DNA of 64,000 bases from Isurus oxyrinchus (GCA_026770705.1 JANJGN010000036.1:2418001-2482000), one strand, 5' to 3'. Numbered from the stretch's first letter, positions 39,660 through 52,298 are shown. The notes: generated by a model from the sequence alone, not told the origin. Numbers and translations: made by a program.

Positions 39660-40275
39660 GAATCGTAGAAAGTTTACGGCACAGGAAGAGGCCATGGTGT
39701 CTGCCCAATAGAAAAAAAGAGCCACCTATCCCAATCCCACTTTCCAGCATTTGGCCCGTAGCCTTGCAGATCACAGCGCTACAGATGCACATCCAACTGT
39801 CTTTCCAATGAATTGATGGTTTCTGCCTCTACTGCCCTTTCAGGCAGTGAGTCTCAGACCCCTGCAACCCTCTGTGTGAGAAAAATCTTCACTCGTCTCC
39901 CCTCTAATCTTTCTACAAATCACTATAAACCTGGACACTGACCTCTCTGCTAAAGTAGAAAAGCCATTTTCTCCCCCTCCATCCAGACTCCAAACAATTT
40001 TGTACACTTCAACCCAAACTCCCGTCAGCCTCCTCTGCTCCAAGGAGAACAGTCCCAGACAATCCAATGTTTCCTCATAGCTACAGTTTTCCAGTCGTGG
40101 TAACATCCTTGTGAGTTTGTTCTGTACCCTCTCTAATGCAATCACGCCCTTTCTGTAATGAGGTAACCAGAACTGCACACACCACTCACGCTGCAACCTA
40201 ACGCATGTTTTATACAGTTTCAGCATAGCCTCCCTGCTCTTGTATCCTAAAGCTCGTCTAATAAATGAAAGGACC
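39660..40275 (-). mobile_element. CR1 3' fragment
   Basis: MLKLYKTCVRLQREWCVQFWLPHYRK...ALERVQ...LGLFSLEQRRL. Confidence 0.88.
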
Positions 40276-41422
40276 TGGGGCTAATTACCTGGTCAATTAC
40301 CTCTGCCACATTTCTCAATGTTTCAGTGTTTAGCTCACTGAAAGTTGAAGTTCATCTGTTTAACTCTGCCAGAGTTATATGGTGGGAGATAAGGAATCAG
40401 TCTGAAATTTTGCAGTTTAAATTGGAAAATTGAAATTAAATTTCCAGTTTGAAACTTGAGCAGTATTTTGCTTCTATCCTCCCAAACGCACAATACCATC
40501 AACATGTGCTCTTACTCTCATATCCCTTTTTCTGCCGTGTGTTTAAGGAGTTTCTATGCAATGAGACCTTCCGTTCTAGCCATTTCCACATTCTAACGAT
40601 AAAAGCAAAATACGGCGGATGCTGGAAATCTGAAGCAAAAGCAGGAAAAAAAGACTTGGAGAAGGGTCACGCAGACTCGAAACGTTACCTCCGTTTCTCT
40701 CTCCACAGATGTTGTCAAGCCCGCTGAGATTTTCCAGTTTTTTTCTATTTTTGTTCCACATTCTAACCACCCTGAACAAAACAAAAAAAAACACGGTTTC
40801 GCTTGAAAGCCCAATTGGGATTCATAATTGGTAGAAGAGTTGAAAGCTCGACATTCCAGGAGACAAAGCGGACTTTGCATTAAATTCAGATTGATACAAA
40901 AGTATCGGGATAGGTCCAAATAGTGGAGCCGATGTTTGATTCCTTTGGCGAAGAAGAATGTTCTACAATGGACACTAAACCACAAGACAACAACACTAGC
41001 AGAGACAAAGTAAGCCACTTGATTGGCACCTTATAAATACTCACCCTCTGCATGGGCCCAGTGGCAGTAAGATCTACCATCTACAAGGTGTCCTGCAGAA
41101 TCTCGCCATGGTCACGTTGTTCTCTAATCTTATTGTGTTTTCTTGAATTTACCTCTTAATCCTTGTCTCTTCCAGGCTCGCTCTGTCTCTCCACCAATCT
41201 GTCTACCCCTTTTCATTTTCATATTTTTATTTCACTCGTGTTTTTGATTATACTGGTAAAACTAACTTTGAGTCCCCATCCCTCGCTCTTTTGAGTGGGC
41301 GTTGGTGTGTAATCTTGAAATTTTGAAAAGTGACAGGTGGCACGGGTAAGGGATTTTTCAATATTGTTTCTCCGCCCGTCCCCTCCCCCACCCCTCACCC
41401 CCTCACCCGCCCCCTTCTTCAG

Positions 41423-41536
41423 AGCCGCGAAAATGTACTTGCTACCTGTTGATTTACCGAAGTTCATTGGGGATCATTCTCTTTCTATTGACCTTGACTG
41501 TCGTCGCTAGATGGAGCTACGCAAAGCGACACTCAG
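41423..41536 (+). CDS. VJ-C1 receptor gene A exon 4: Cys-containing stalk and transmembrane segment with Arg
   Basis: cttcttcag| ... G|GTAGG, 114 nt, phase 1-1; EPRKCTCYLLIYRSSLGIILFLLTLTVVARWSYAKRHS. Confidence 0.85.
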
Positions 41537-41672
41537 GTAGGAAGGGCTGCAAAGTTTTGGGGCTCTACACCCCTGCAAGTGAGTCGATGCACACTTTGCC
41601 TCTTTTTGACACGTTAATTAACCCGATAAGGGTAAAATTTGCAGACATTTATGTCCTTTTTTTATATATCAG

Positions 41673-41731
41673 GCAACGGGAGCTCGGATAAAACTTTCGC
41701 GGATTCTGGGCCACGTGAACGAAACCAAGAG
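41673..41731 (+). CDS. VJ-C1 receptor gene A exon 5: cytoplasmic exon 1 (GNGSSDKTFADSGPRERNQE)
   Basis: tttttttatatatcag| ... GAG|GTAAAT, 59 nt, phase 1-0; a homologous 59-nt exon is in gene B (49135-49193). Confidence 0.8.
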
Positions 41732-42054
41732 GTAAATACATGGAGACTTTTTTGCAGTTTCCTGTCGCTGATTTTATACAACAACGTTGATATGGGATAG
41801 CTATGGTCCCGAAAGTTCACTAAACTTCTCATAGTCAAAATAGCATCATTTACAATTTTGCTAGAACTGGAAACTGCTGGAAATATATATCTGGAGATTT
41901 AATATCAGTAATGATATTTAATGATTTTTCAATCGAACGATAATAGAGTTAAAATGGTTGAATTATGAGAACAGGTAGCACATATTCGTTGTTTATACTG
42001 AAGAATAAATCATGTTCCAATTGTAATGCTTACGCTGCTTAAATTATCTATGAG

Positions 42055-42510
42055 GGATGTGGTGGCAGAGTGGGATTGTCACTGGGCTACTGTTCAACTG
42101 TAATTTCCTGGATACCCGGTTCCAGTTCCAGCGCAGCAAATGGCTCAATTTTAATTCAGTCCAAATTTGGAATTAAAAAAATCTCTAAACCATAGGTGAT
42201 TGTCTGAAGAAGGTTCATATGGACTCGAAATGTTAATTGTTTTTTTCTCCCCACAGATGGTGTTGTACCTGCTGAGTTTTTCCAGCATTTTCTGTTTTTG
42301 TTTCAAATTTCCAGCATCTGCAGTATTTTACTTTCATTATATTGTCTGGTGCACTAATGCCCCATAGGGGAGAAGATCTGCCACCCTCACCTGGACTGGC
42401 TGGCACGTGACTCCAGACCCACAGCAATGTGGTTGACTCTTAACTGCAATTAGGGATGGGCACTCAGTGCTGGCCTAGGCAGCGACGCCAACATTATATG
42501 AACGAATGAG
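42055..42510 (+). mobile_element. Shark tRNA-type SINE interrupted by a Penelope-like terminal fragment (~42200-42340)
   Basis: Head gtggtggcagagtgggattgtcactgg...gttccagttcc; insert ctgaagaaggttcatatggactcgaaa...cctgctgagtttttccagcattttctgtttt. Confidence 0.65.
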
Positions 42511-42822
42511 GAAATGATTGGATAAGACGAGAAAATCTGTTACAGGCGCGAATGCTCAGGGACAAAACCTTAAAATTGGGAGCAGCCGTTCAGAGGTGAC
42601 ATCAGAAAGCACCAGCACACACGAGGGGGAGGTGGGGATCTCAGCTAGATTTTAATATTTACTTTCAATCCTAAAGCATTGCAACGTATTTGAAGATAGA
42701 GACCAACATTGGTCTAATTGAATGGGGTATCAAGTTCCAGGGGAGCTCCTAATGTTTATATGATGATAATAGTTACAATTTCCCCTCATAGACTCTTGAT
42801 GCTCGACTGGTGTTTACTGCAG

Positions 42823-42924
42823 ATCCGGCGTCCTGACGGGGAAGAACAGTTATTGGATGAAGCAGGAGATGACGCGTTGAAGAACATTTCCACCACGGAA
42901 TTCAATAAGAAATATTGTCCAATG
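42823..42924 (+). CDS. VJ-C1 receptor gene A candidate exon 6: cytoplasmic cassette exon ending in YCPM
   Basis: tttactgcag| ... ATG|GTAATT, 102 nt, phase 0-0; IRRPDGEEQLLDEAGDDALKNISTTEFNKKYCPM. No homolog seen in genes B or C. Confidence 0.55.
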
Positions 42925-43222
42925 GTAATTCCAACAATATTTCCTCGATCTTGTGCCGTGCTCGTGTGTTTTGGCGCTCATTGGCATAGGTGTGGAAATG
43001 TAACTTAGAAGACCTCTAGGTGTCAGCACTTCCACTGGACGGTGTTTCACTTTTATGTTAGTGAGTAACAAGCACTTGTCACCAACGAATGACCCCTCAG
43101 ATGTATTTCCAATATAGAAACGATTTAGCACCTACTGTGGATTTGTCATTATTATTGTTCTCCTTCTTGTTCTTGCTCTTATTATCATCCGTCACGTAAA
43201 TGTCCATCGGTGATATCACAAC

Positions 43223-43800
43223 ATGAACACGGACGTATACAGAGATATAACTGCATACCTAAACCTTGTATAACACTGCAAAATGTGGTTTCCTCAAACG
43301 AACAGAAGCGGCAGGGATCTTATTCTGATTCTGGATCAGTGTCTGTCGAAGGAATTGCTCCCTAATACTTAACTGACCCTTCTATTATTAGATGTCAGTG
43401 CGGTTTACAGTTAGATCGATAATGAGGACCGGATTCAAATTAAGATGATGATTACAGGCTCCTAATGCCCTCTGTTTACAGAGAGACATATCCCTTGCAA
43501 TCTGAAGCTAAATGCAAAGAAAAATATCAAACAAGCAGCGCTGGTTTTAAATCTAAGAATGAGACATCACCTTCCTGAAACATATAAGATTCTGAGGGAG
43601 CTTTGACAGGGTAGATGTTGAGAGGCTGTTTGCCGTCGTGGGGAATATGGAACTAGTGTTCACAGCTTCAGAATGAGGGTTTCCCATTTACAACTGATAC
43701 GATGTGATTGATTTTTAAATTGTCCTGCCCAGAGAGCATTTGAAGCTGGGTCAGTGAACATGCTGAAGTCTGAGTTAGACAGATTTTTGATTGACAAGGT
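43223..43800 (+). repeat. ~580-bp dispersed direct repeat, copy 2
   Basis: Collinear with 36635-37218; this copy continues into a complete CR1 3' end to about 43925. Confidence 0.9.
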
Positions 43801-45479
43801 AGCCAGAAATTATGGGGAGCAGACAGGAAAGTGAAGCCAAGGCCACAAACGGTTCAGCCATGTTCTTATTGAATGAGGGCACAGGCTCGGGAGCACAAAT
43901 GTTCTACTCCTGCTCATATTTCTCAGGATAGTTTAATATTTGGTCAATTGAAATAAATGTTCAGACCGTAATTGTTGACTGGTCTAAAATCAATCTTAAA
44001 AGGAAAATATTTTAACAATTTACACCAAAGGACTCTGTGTTAAGGTGAACTGGTTTTGACACCGTTTTAAATACAGTGAGACTTAGTTAGGAGATTTACA
44101 AAATGGTTCCATTGCGCCATTGCTTCGTGGGAGCTTTTCACTCCGCTTCCTGAAACAAGGAGCTGCAATGGGTATTTAAAATTGACGTGAATTAAACAAA
44201 CGCTCATTAAAATGGCCTTGTTAAACATTAATATCGACCCCAGCAGCCAGATTAATGAATCCGAATCCCAATTAAGATGAAGATGAGAAACCGGTTTATC
44301 GCGATGCTCATCGCAAAGGGTCAAATTGCTGCATCCCAATCGACACAAAACATTTAGAATCTTCTGCTGGCTGAAATCATTCTTTTGTGGGACTCTCTCA
44401 TGGAAAACTTGAGCCAATTATAAAGTTAAAACAGCAAATCCGTGCTGCAAATTCTCCACAGGATCCCAAGTCAAGGAATCTTCAGGAGAATTCTGAGCGA
44501 CGGAAGCTGGGTGAGAAGAGAGAGATACATTCATCTTAATGTGACTAACGTGATAGAATGAAATACAGTCAGAATGGGTTCTGAAATGAGCAGACACTGT
44601 TGTCCCTCACTGAGTGCCTGAACTGTTTTGCAGAAATGCTTGACCTTGAAAAACAAAGAAGTGAGTCAGTGACCCTTGCAGCAGAGAGCGGGGCTGGGCA
44701 GCAGAGAGGCTGTGACAGCGAGCTTCAGAAAGACTCCTCGATCACAGCCCATTCAGAGAGTGTGAAAAGCACATCGAGGGCGGAAATCGTTGACCCAGAT
44801 TCTGATCACTTTACATTTGAGATATAAAGTTGTTCGAGGCAGAAGCTCTTAGTGGGTTTCCTGTTATTTTACCGTATCTTATGCAAGCTTCACGTACCGA
44901 GCTGCCTTCAGAGGTGAAACGCTGGGTATCAATGTTAAACTGCTGAGAGAAGGCGGCTTGCTCCAAAGATAGATTCAACTGAACAGAGAAGAGGCTGGTT
45001 TACAATGAACCTCATTTACAGCACCCTTATCGATGTAGCGTCTGTCACTGTTTATCTTCAATCCCGGTTTAGAATAAAATTTGCAGGTTCCCAATATTAT
45101 TCACAAATGATGCCTTTACTTCACCTGCTGCTCACAACGAATAATCTGTCTGTTACCCACGCACAGGCAACACTGCAACAGCTCACTCAGGCTTTTAATG
45201 TAGTTTTGAATACACCCCACACACAAGTCATTGAATATGTTTCAGTCTCGGTATTGAGGTGGTAGTATCGGGAATTTTGCACACCACGGTGCCATTCAGG
45301 TGAGGTTATTGGAACTTATATTACTTTACTTTTTAGTGACAAAGATGGAATCAGTTGGCACAGAAAGTACGTTTGTGTGTGTGTGTGTGTTGCGTGTGTG
45401 TTTGTGTCTTTTTATGTGTTTGTGTGTCTTTTTATGTGTGCATGTGTGTGTGTGTGAATATGATTGTGCGTACCTTAGT

Positions 45480-45950
45480 GGGTCACTGTCTACCACTGTC
45501 TCCACCCAGCTCCCTCACTCAACTATACGCCCCTCAGAGTCATAAGTGGAGGGTTCGAGTCATCACGTCAGAGAATTGAGCAAGAAGTATAGACTGGCTC
45601 ATCACTGAGGGAGTGCTGCACTGACTAAGGTGCCGCTTTCAGATTCAGTGTTAAACCTTGGCCCATTCTGCCCGTTGATTGGAGTGAAAGATGCACCATC
45701 GCTATTCCGTGAAGAGGTGGGGTGGGGATTGGGTTGTCTCCTGTGACCTGGGCGATATTTAATCTCTCGACCAACATCTACAAACACATTTTCTAGATCA
45801 TAATCTTATTGTTTTATTCCTGGGATCTTTTTGAGTGCAATATAGCGGCCCCATTAATAACATTAAAAACAGTGAGTGCACTACAAGAAGTGTCTGAAAA
45901 ACAAATGGAGTTCCTGAAACCTTGAAAAGCGCTATATTAACTCAAGCCTT
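45480..45950 (+). mobile_element. Deu-domain SINE (SacSINE1/AmnSINE1-like)
   Basis: ctgagggagtgctgcactg...ggtgccgctttcaga...gttaaacc...ggccc...aaagat...gaagag...tcctgtgacctgggcgatatttaatctctcgaccaacatc resembles the Deu domain. Further degenerate copies at ~55370-55800 (-), ~38020-38160 (+), ~51760-51880 (-), ~58990-59110 (-). Confidence 0.75.
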
Positions 45951-46483
45951 TTAATTGTGTGTGTGTGTGTTATTTGATCTGGATACAATTAATTCTGTGG
46001 GATCTCCCCAACCGTATAGATAGGATAGAGCGAAAGATGGTAATCTGATTGGCGACTTAACATCAATGCAATCCAATAAACTTGAGATTCATCATCCCAA
46101 TTTTCTGATTACACCTTGGTGATTTCTGTATTAAGTTGCTTTCTGAATTCTGCTTCTCTATTCCAATACGATAATTCAGGCAACTCTTGCAGCGGCACAT
46201 TTAACAAATCAATTATAAAACTGAGATAGGGAGCAATGAAAGCAGAGATAAAAAATACATTTTAAAAGACATGCATATTTGTGGCAGAAAAAAATGCAAA
46301 GTTATGGGAAAGGAGATGAGTTCACTGGGACGAATTGGGTTACTTTTTCAAAGAGCTGGTATAGACACCATGGGCCGAATGGCTTCCTTCTGTGCTGAAT
46401 CATTCTATGATTCGAAAAAGTTCTATTACAACGTTAACCTGACTTCACCTCTAACTATTTTTGAATGTGAATACATATCCGAG

Positions 46484-46543
46484 ACTCAGGGCGGACCTCT
46501 CTATGCCTTCCTTGAGTTTGCTGCATTGCAAAATAAATCATAA
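46484..46543 (+). CDS. VJ-C1 family terminal cytoplasmic exon (TQGGPLYAFLEFAALQNKS*), probably of gene A
   Basis: Homologous to 58143-58223 and 55045-55110 (ggacctctcta(c/t)gcc...gctgcattg). Phase 0, weak GAG acceptor; the stop comes 7 codons earlier than in the gene C copy. Confidence 0.65.
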   Translation, partial: TQGGPLYAFLEFAALQNKS

Positions 46544-49134
46544 AGAAGACGGGTCGCAGATAAGAATCTGGGCATTTTCTTTCTGACGAAATTTGGAGGA
46601 GGCATGATTTGCCCAATAACCCACAGCCTCGTGGATACAAAACGGAGCCATGGAGACCCCCATGAATCAACTAAACTGCTCGTGCCAGAAGTTACAAAAA
46701 ACAGTCTCCTTTTGTAAAATGTGAAATAAGTTGTTTTCAGGATTTTGCGGGTATTCCACTGCCTTCGTGTAATTCAAATATGAAAAAAAAACACTGAACA
46801 AATCTTAGGGACATTCTTCAGTTCCTCTGGACCTTTTCTGCTGATCCTGAAATTCCAGTCACAGACAGGATTTTTAATTCTTTGCAAACGTCTGTATGTA
46901 AAGTATGTATGTAATAAATTATTCTTCCATTATAACGATTCATCAGAGATGTGCATCGATTAACAATTAGCTTATAATTAAATGCCAATGGATGAAACTG
47001 CAAATCATGTTGAGCTGACAAAATCAGCACTGGATTGAAATGGTTTGGTGGTGGTGTTCCCTGCCTGAATTTCATTTACATAATTAGAACACAGCAGGAA
47101 AAGGACACGGGCCCTCATGCTGGAACCTTGTGATGACCCCATTTTAATTTTACAGAGTGTGTTCTGCTTTGAGCTTAGTTTTAAATACATATGTCAGAGT
47201 CTTTGGTTCAGTGCAGTGTGTTTTGGAAAAAGAGGTGACTTTGCAGATATGTTTCCCCAAGCCGATCACCACTGGGCCATTCACTGCTCATGCCTGCAAT
47301 GTTGTAGACAAATTAATAGGGATTTACTACCATAGCAACCCAATGATCATCGTACCACTGAACCGCCAGCCTGGCAGGGTGCAATCTGGATTGATGGTTT
47401 TTTTCTGTTTGTCTGTTTTTATTTCCCTATTTTCCTGATCTCTGGTTTGCAAAATTTTGCAACAATGTTTTCAATCAGAGAGATAGAGGATTGCACAGAA
47501 CCCGGGCACACGTCATTGACGATCAAGGTCATATCAGTCTATATCTTGTTATTCTGTTTATTCAGGAACCAAAAGGTAAAGGCGGACGAGATAAATAAGC
47601 AACATAAACAGCTCCTGCTAAAGTCACTTTCAAGATCCATCTCGCAGAAACTGTGCAATAAACCTGTTGATTATTTAATTGAGCTCCTGACTGTGGTGAC
47701 CTGGTTAATGTGAATTTAGCTTGTATTGTAGTGTTATTACAGCAGATATAATTTTACCAGGACTCGGGTTAAGAAGGTTAAACAAGAAGAATAGGTTGCT
47801 TAGACTAGGCTTGCACTCCCTCCGTGATGATGTTTCTGGTCCACACGAGCCACCTCCCACCCTCTCTGCATCCCACCCCATGAACAAATCATTACATCTA
47901 TTTTTTTCTCTCATATAATTATTCAAATTCCCCTGAAAAGCACGGCTGATAGTCACCTCAACTTCTCCCCCGGCATCGATTTCCGCATTATACCCACTCT
48001 CTGTGTAAAGAAGATTATCTTGAATTCCCCACTGGATTTATTAGCGAATATCTTAAACTGATTGCCTGTCGTTCGTGTTACCCCTTCAAGTATCCAATAA
48101 TTTCATAATTTTGAAGGCCTCTATCAGGTCAGCCCAGCAGTCTACTCTTTTCTAGACAAAAGAGTGCCAGCCTGTTCAGTCCTACCTGAAATCATAAACT
48201 CTTATTTCTGTTATCATTCCAGGAAAATTGTTCCCAAATGCAAAGCGCGCACATCTGCTCTATAAAGATATCCTGAATTGCACATTCAATCAGCACATTT
48301 GGACTGAGCGACCAAACAACTTCAAATGACAAACGCAATGCTTGGATTTCAAAACCTGCTTTAATGGATTGGTAAATTGGACACTGATGCGCTCTTTCCT
48401 GCTCAAGCTGAAAGAAAGATCCGCAATTATTTTTTTAAAAAAGCACTAAGACAAGAAAGTAACACGTGTAGAAACTGAGCAGAAAGTTAAAATGTCCGAA
48501 TGTCAACATTCTCCTGAAATGGAGCAGGTTCTATTAGGCATGCAGTCTCTCCAGTAGGCGATAAATTGCCATATTATTACTGATAAATCTGCGTTCAGAA
48601 TTTGGGATGACACATCCAGGCTTTCCACCAATGAGGACGAAAAAAGAGGAATCTTTCCACTGCACGACATATCCCGGAAACAGCATATGAGCTGTCAATT
48701 TCCATTGCAATCAGAGTATAGGGTCCGCATTAAACGCCAGCCGAGCATAGAGTCTGCAACAGTAAGCACAAACCGTGATCGTGAGAAACAGCATCATCCA
48801 GGGGGCGGAAAGAGGACATACAACCCTTCGAGCCTTTCCCGCTAGACAGTTACATCATTTTGGATCCGCATCTCAACCCTGTTTACCCTCCTTGCTACCA
48901 TAACACTTAATCCAACAAAAAACTATCTCCAACGAAAAACTATCACGCTGAGTTTCAGCATTTTCAGCTGACCCCCCATTTAATTTTGTTTCCATGTATT
49001 GACACAGTGCTATTGAAAAGTCTGTTATCTTAAAACATACACACATATGACAGTAACCAGATATCTTCAAACTTGAACTTAAAATCCGCCACCCCTATGT
49101 ACACACGCGAACAACAATTTCTATTCATAATTAC

Positions 49135-52100
49135 CGCCTTTTCTTCCGTACGTGCTCTGGAATATGTCAGTTCCTTACCAATGTTCATGTTGCCTGTTAG
49201 AAAGAGGATTTTAAAATGAGTGTAACTGTCCACATTTCACACTGAACCGTGTGAAAGTGTACACACCCTGCGACAATTAGACAGAGTAAGAGCGCTCCTA
49301 AGTTACAACATCTCCCTACAATCTCTACCTGTCTGCTGTTCTTGCAGATCCTGCTCCCGGCGAGCAGGACTAACGCCAGAAGGAGTGGCGCCGCCAATAA
49401 ACTCCCAGAATGCGAGAAATTGCAGGGGGCAGGTAGCGATGAATCTGGAGAGCAAATAAAAAGCAGTGTATTTGAGAATAAAAACACGTAACTGAAGCCT
49501 TTTGACTCTGACAGAACGTTCAAGTAGACTCTAGCACCCGGGAGCTAGAGATGGCCAAATAATGTCAGTCTTGTCAATATCATTAACATCTCCAGGTCAT
49601 TAATAAAAAAATAAACTGAAGCAGATTAGAAAAGTGAAGCGAATTTACAAAGCTAAAATCAGATAGATGGATATGGAGAGAGAGATAGAGAAATTGGGAG
49701 ATAAATAGAGTTGGAGGGAGTATTATTAGAGATAGATGGATGGATCGATTGAAGGAGAGTTGGAGAAATAGAAAGATAGATGGGCAGTTAGACAGAGAGG
49801 CAGGTACGTGGATAGACAGATACACATATAGATACACATATAAATACACACAGACACACACAAATACATGCATGCATACATATATTTAAGCACAAGAATA
49901 TGATAGAACTACACAAGAATGACCAGAGTGGTGTGGGGTACAGTATGAAGCAAGGGAGCCTCCAAGTTTCTGCTGACTCTTCAAATTCCACCTTGTAATT
50001 CAACACTTCCAAACCCCGTCAGTCTGAGAAATACTCATCCACCCCCTGCATGCATCTAACTTTCTATCCATCTTCCCACATCTCCCACCAACTGCGCGTT
50101 TTATTATTTCCCAACAATCATCTTGTGAGGCACATGAAGGCCTTGTGGAACTCCATTCACGTAATAGCCAACGAATTCTCTTGAATATCTATTCAGACAT
50201 TTCTTCGGAATAAAAGCTCTATTCAACTCTTTAAACATAACCACAATTCCACAAACCGGTGCGTGCTGACTTTAACTACCCCATCTACTGAGAATGTATA
50301 TACCCACAGAATGGGGAGAATGTGGAGCTCCGTTACCAAAGCAGTGGTTAAGGTGAATAGCAGAGATGCATTTAGGACAAAGCTGGATAAACATATGAGG
50401 GCGAAAGGAATAGAAGGATATGTTGATTGTGTGATTTGAAGTGGGAATGGAGAGTGCTTGTGCGGATCATGAACAGCAGCACGGAGCAGAGGAGCCAGAA
50501 GGGTTTGTCTCTGTCCTGGAAGCTCTGCAGAATATGGATAATAACAGAGAGGAATCGGCGGAGGAAGTAGGAAATGGTAATTTGGGGTGTTATTTGATCA
50601 TTGACATTCTAAAATGTCCTTTTCCCGCCACACGCACCAATCCCAATGAGGCAGATAGATGAATATTTCATAAACGTTTACACTGGAGAAATGAGATGTA
50701 TGAGAGAAGGGACATGGCCACATCGGAAGGAGGAATATTTAATGTACAAACAGATATTGCCAAAAAATAAGCAGCATATAAACTAAAGCAGGAAGCTATT
50801 AATAGCTAACTCTCTCAGCTGAGGCACTTTCACTGAGAAGAGTTTCACTGGATTTGATTTCAACGGTGCAAGTAAAGCAAGCGCCGCTGCTCCAAGTTCC
50901 CACACTCAAAATTATGTGGCTCCTGACGGCACAAGTTCCATCCGTCTCGAGGGTCACAGAATCGCTCTATACCTCGGTATCACGCCTGGAAACATTCCAG
51001 CAGACAGCAAATTAATTGGTATCCACACCCTTCACCAAACACACCAAAGGGACCCTTTCCATTGAGGCAATTTCAGCTGGCGGTGGAGTTAAGAGGTAGA
51101 TTATTCGAGGTCCTGGTGGGAAGGAGAGATAGGATTCAGTCGCTATTGGGTATAAACTGCTGATTAGTTATGGTGCAAAGTGTAAATTAATAATAATTTT
51201 TACCTGTAATGATCAACTTGGAGCCGTTTCCAAACATCAAGGGCATTCCGCTGAGCTCCTTGGCTGAACAGTGATACACACCAGAATCATTGTATGTTCG
51301 TAATGACCAGAGAATAGAGAATGGATTTCTGGTCAACCTCTCCTGAAAATCTCCCGATAGATGTATTTTGTCACGGTGTAAGCAAGTTGTAGATTCTCCC
51401 GTTGCTGATATTGTTACCCCTGGATCGTTCCCCCTGCCAAACAGCCTGTGTGACAAACCACCTTGTAGGTACTTCCAAGCGAGAGACTCTGGGCCATGGA
51501 GTCTGGGAAAAAAAACTGCCTGAGACACAATAAATGAGAGGGAAAAAATCAACAAACGAGGTTCTGCTTTAGCAGCGAAAGAGAATATGTTTCCTCTGCA
51601 GAATTGGCTACAGCAGTAAACTATGAAACAGACCAGCCCTTCATTCTTCATAAATCCGGTGGACTCAAGGGCTGAAAGTTGTACTTGAAATCACTGCAGG
51701 GACCAGGGTGAATGAGAAACGGGTTTGAAGCCGATGAAGGTTTTTTTCAAGTTCAGCTGCAGTTGTAAAACAGGGAATTCGGCGAATTTGCGCACAGCAA
51801 GATTCCACAAAGCGCAATGTGATATTCACCCAGATTGTATTTTATGACGTTGTTTGTAGGGATAAACTTAGGCCCCGGGGAGGCCGAGGAAACAATCATC
51901 CACCAGATCATCCACTGCCCCCTAACACCTGCCACCCCCCCAGGACCCCGCATTCCTCCTTTCCCATGCCGCGTCCCCCCTCCCTCCCAACCCCCTCGCG
52001 TCGCCCTGGCTCTTTTTCTCCCTGGGGAAATGGGGCGGGTTTCACGCCAAAGAGGTGGACAGGTGATCTCGATTCACCAGGTCATCCGATAAATTGGAGA

Positions 52101-52298
52101 ATGTTGACATGTGATCCAGTATGATCAGGTGGGATAATGTATTTCTTCAACATGAAGTTAATATGATAGGATGTAGCTGTGGGAGTAATTCTGCACCTGA
52201 CGGACTAGCTCAGTGGCCAATGAGACAATTCTGAATGAGGAGAGAAGACACAAACCTGGAAACAGATGCAGCAACATGCAGGACATTAAGAATCTCAT
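49135..52298 (-). pseudogene. VJ-C1 receptor gene B (pseudogene): leader 52298-52256, VJ 51533-51204, C1 51112-50810, TM 49444-49329, cyt1 49193-49135
   Basis: Leader MRFLMSCMLLHLFP-G (43 nt). VJ ends NDSGVYHCSAKELSGMPLMFGNGSKLIIT but has a lost acceptor (CAT), a TAA and several frameshifts. C1 (303 nt, GPRIIYLLTPP..VPLVCLV..WNVS..GTWSSGACFTC) has TAA and TAG and a damaged donor. TM exon is 116 nt (1-nt deletion versus gene C). Cyt1 GNMNIGKELTYSRARTEEKA. Confidence 0.92.

Noticed and set aside
38423-41536. Gene A as an ordinary TCR or Ig light-chain gene, or a processed rearranged transcript
   Set aside because: No RSS, introns retained, TM lacks the TCR Lys/CART pattern, and it has multi-exon cytoplasmic tails unlike TCR or IgL.
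46800-49100. Terminal exon of pseudogene B
   Set aside because: Candidate acceptors (~46848, ~48272) give no PLYAxL-like peptide, so none is supported.
51187-51651. 154-aa ORF as an intact V-domain protein
   Set aside because: Only its last ~30 codons are in the true VJ frame; the rest is shifted frame and intron of pseudogene B.
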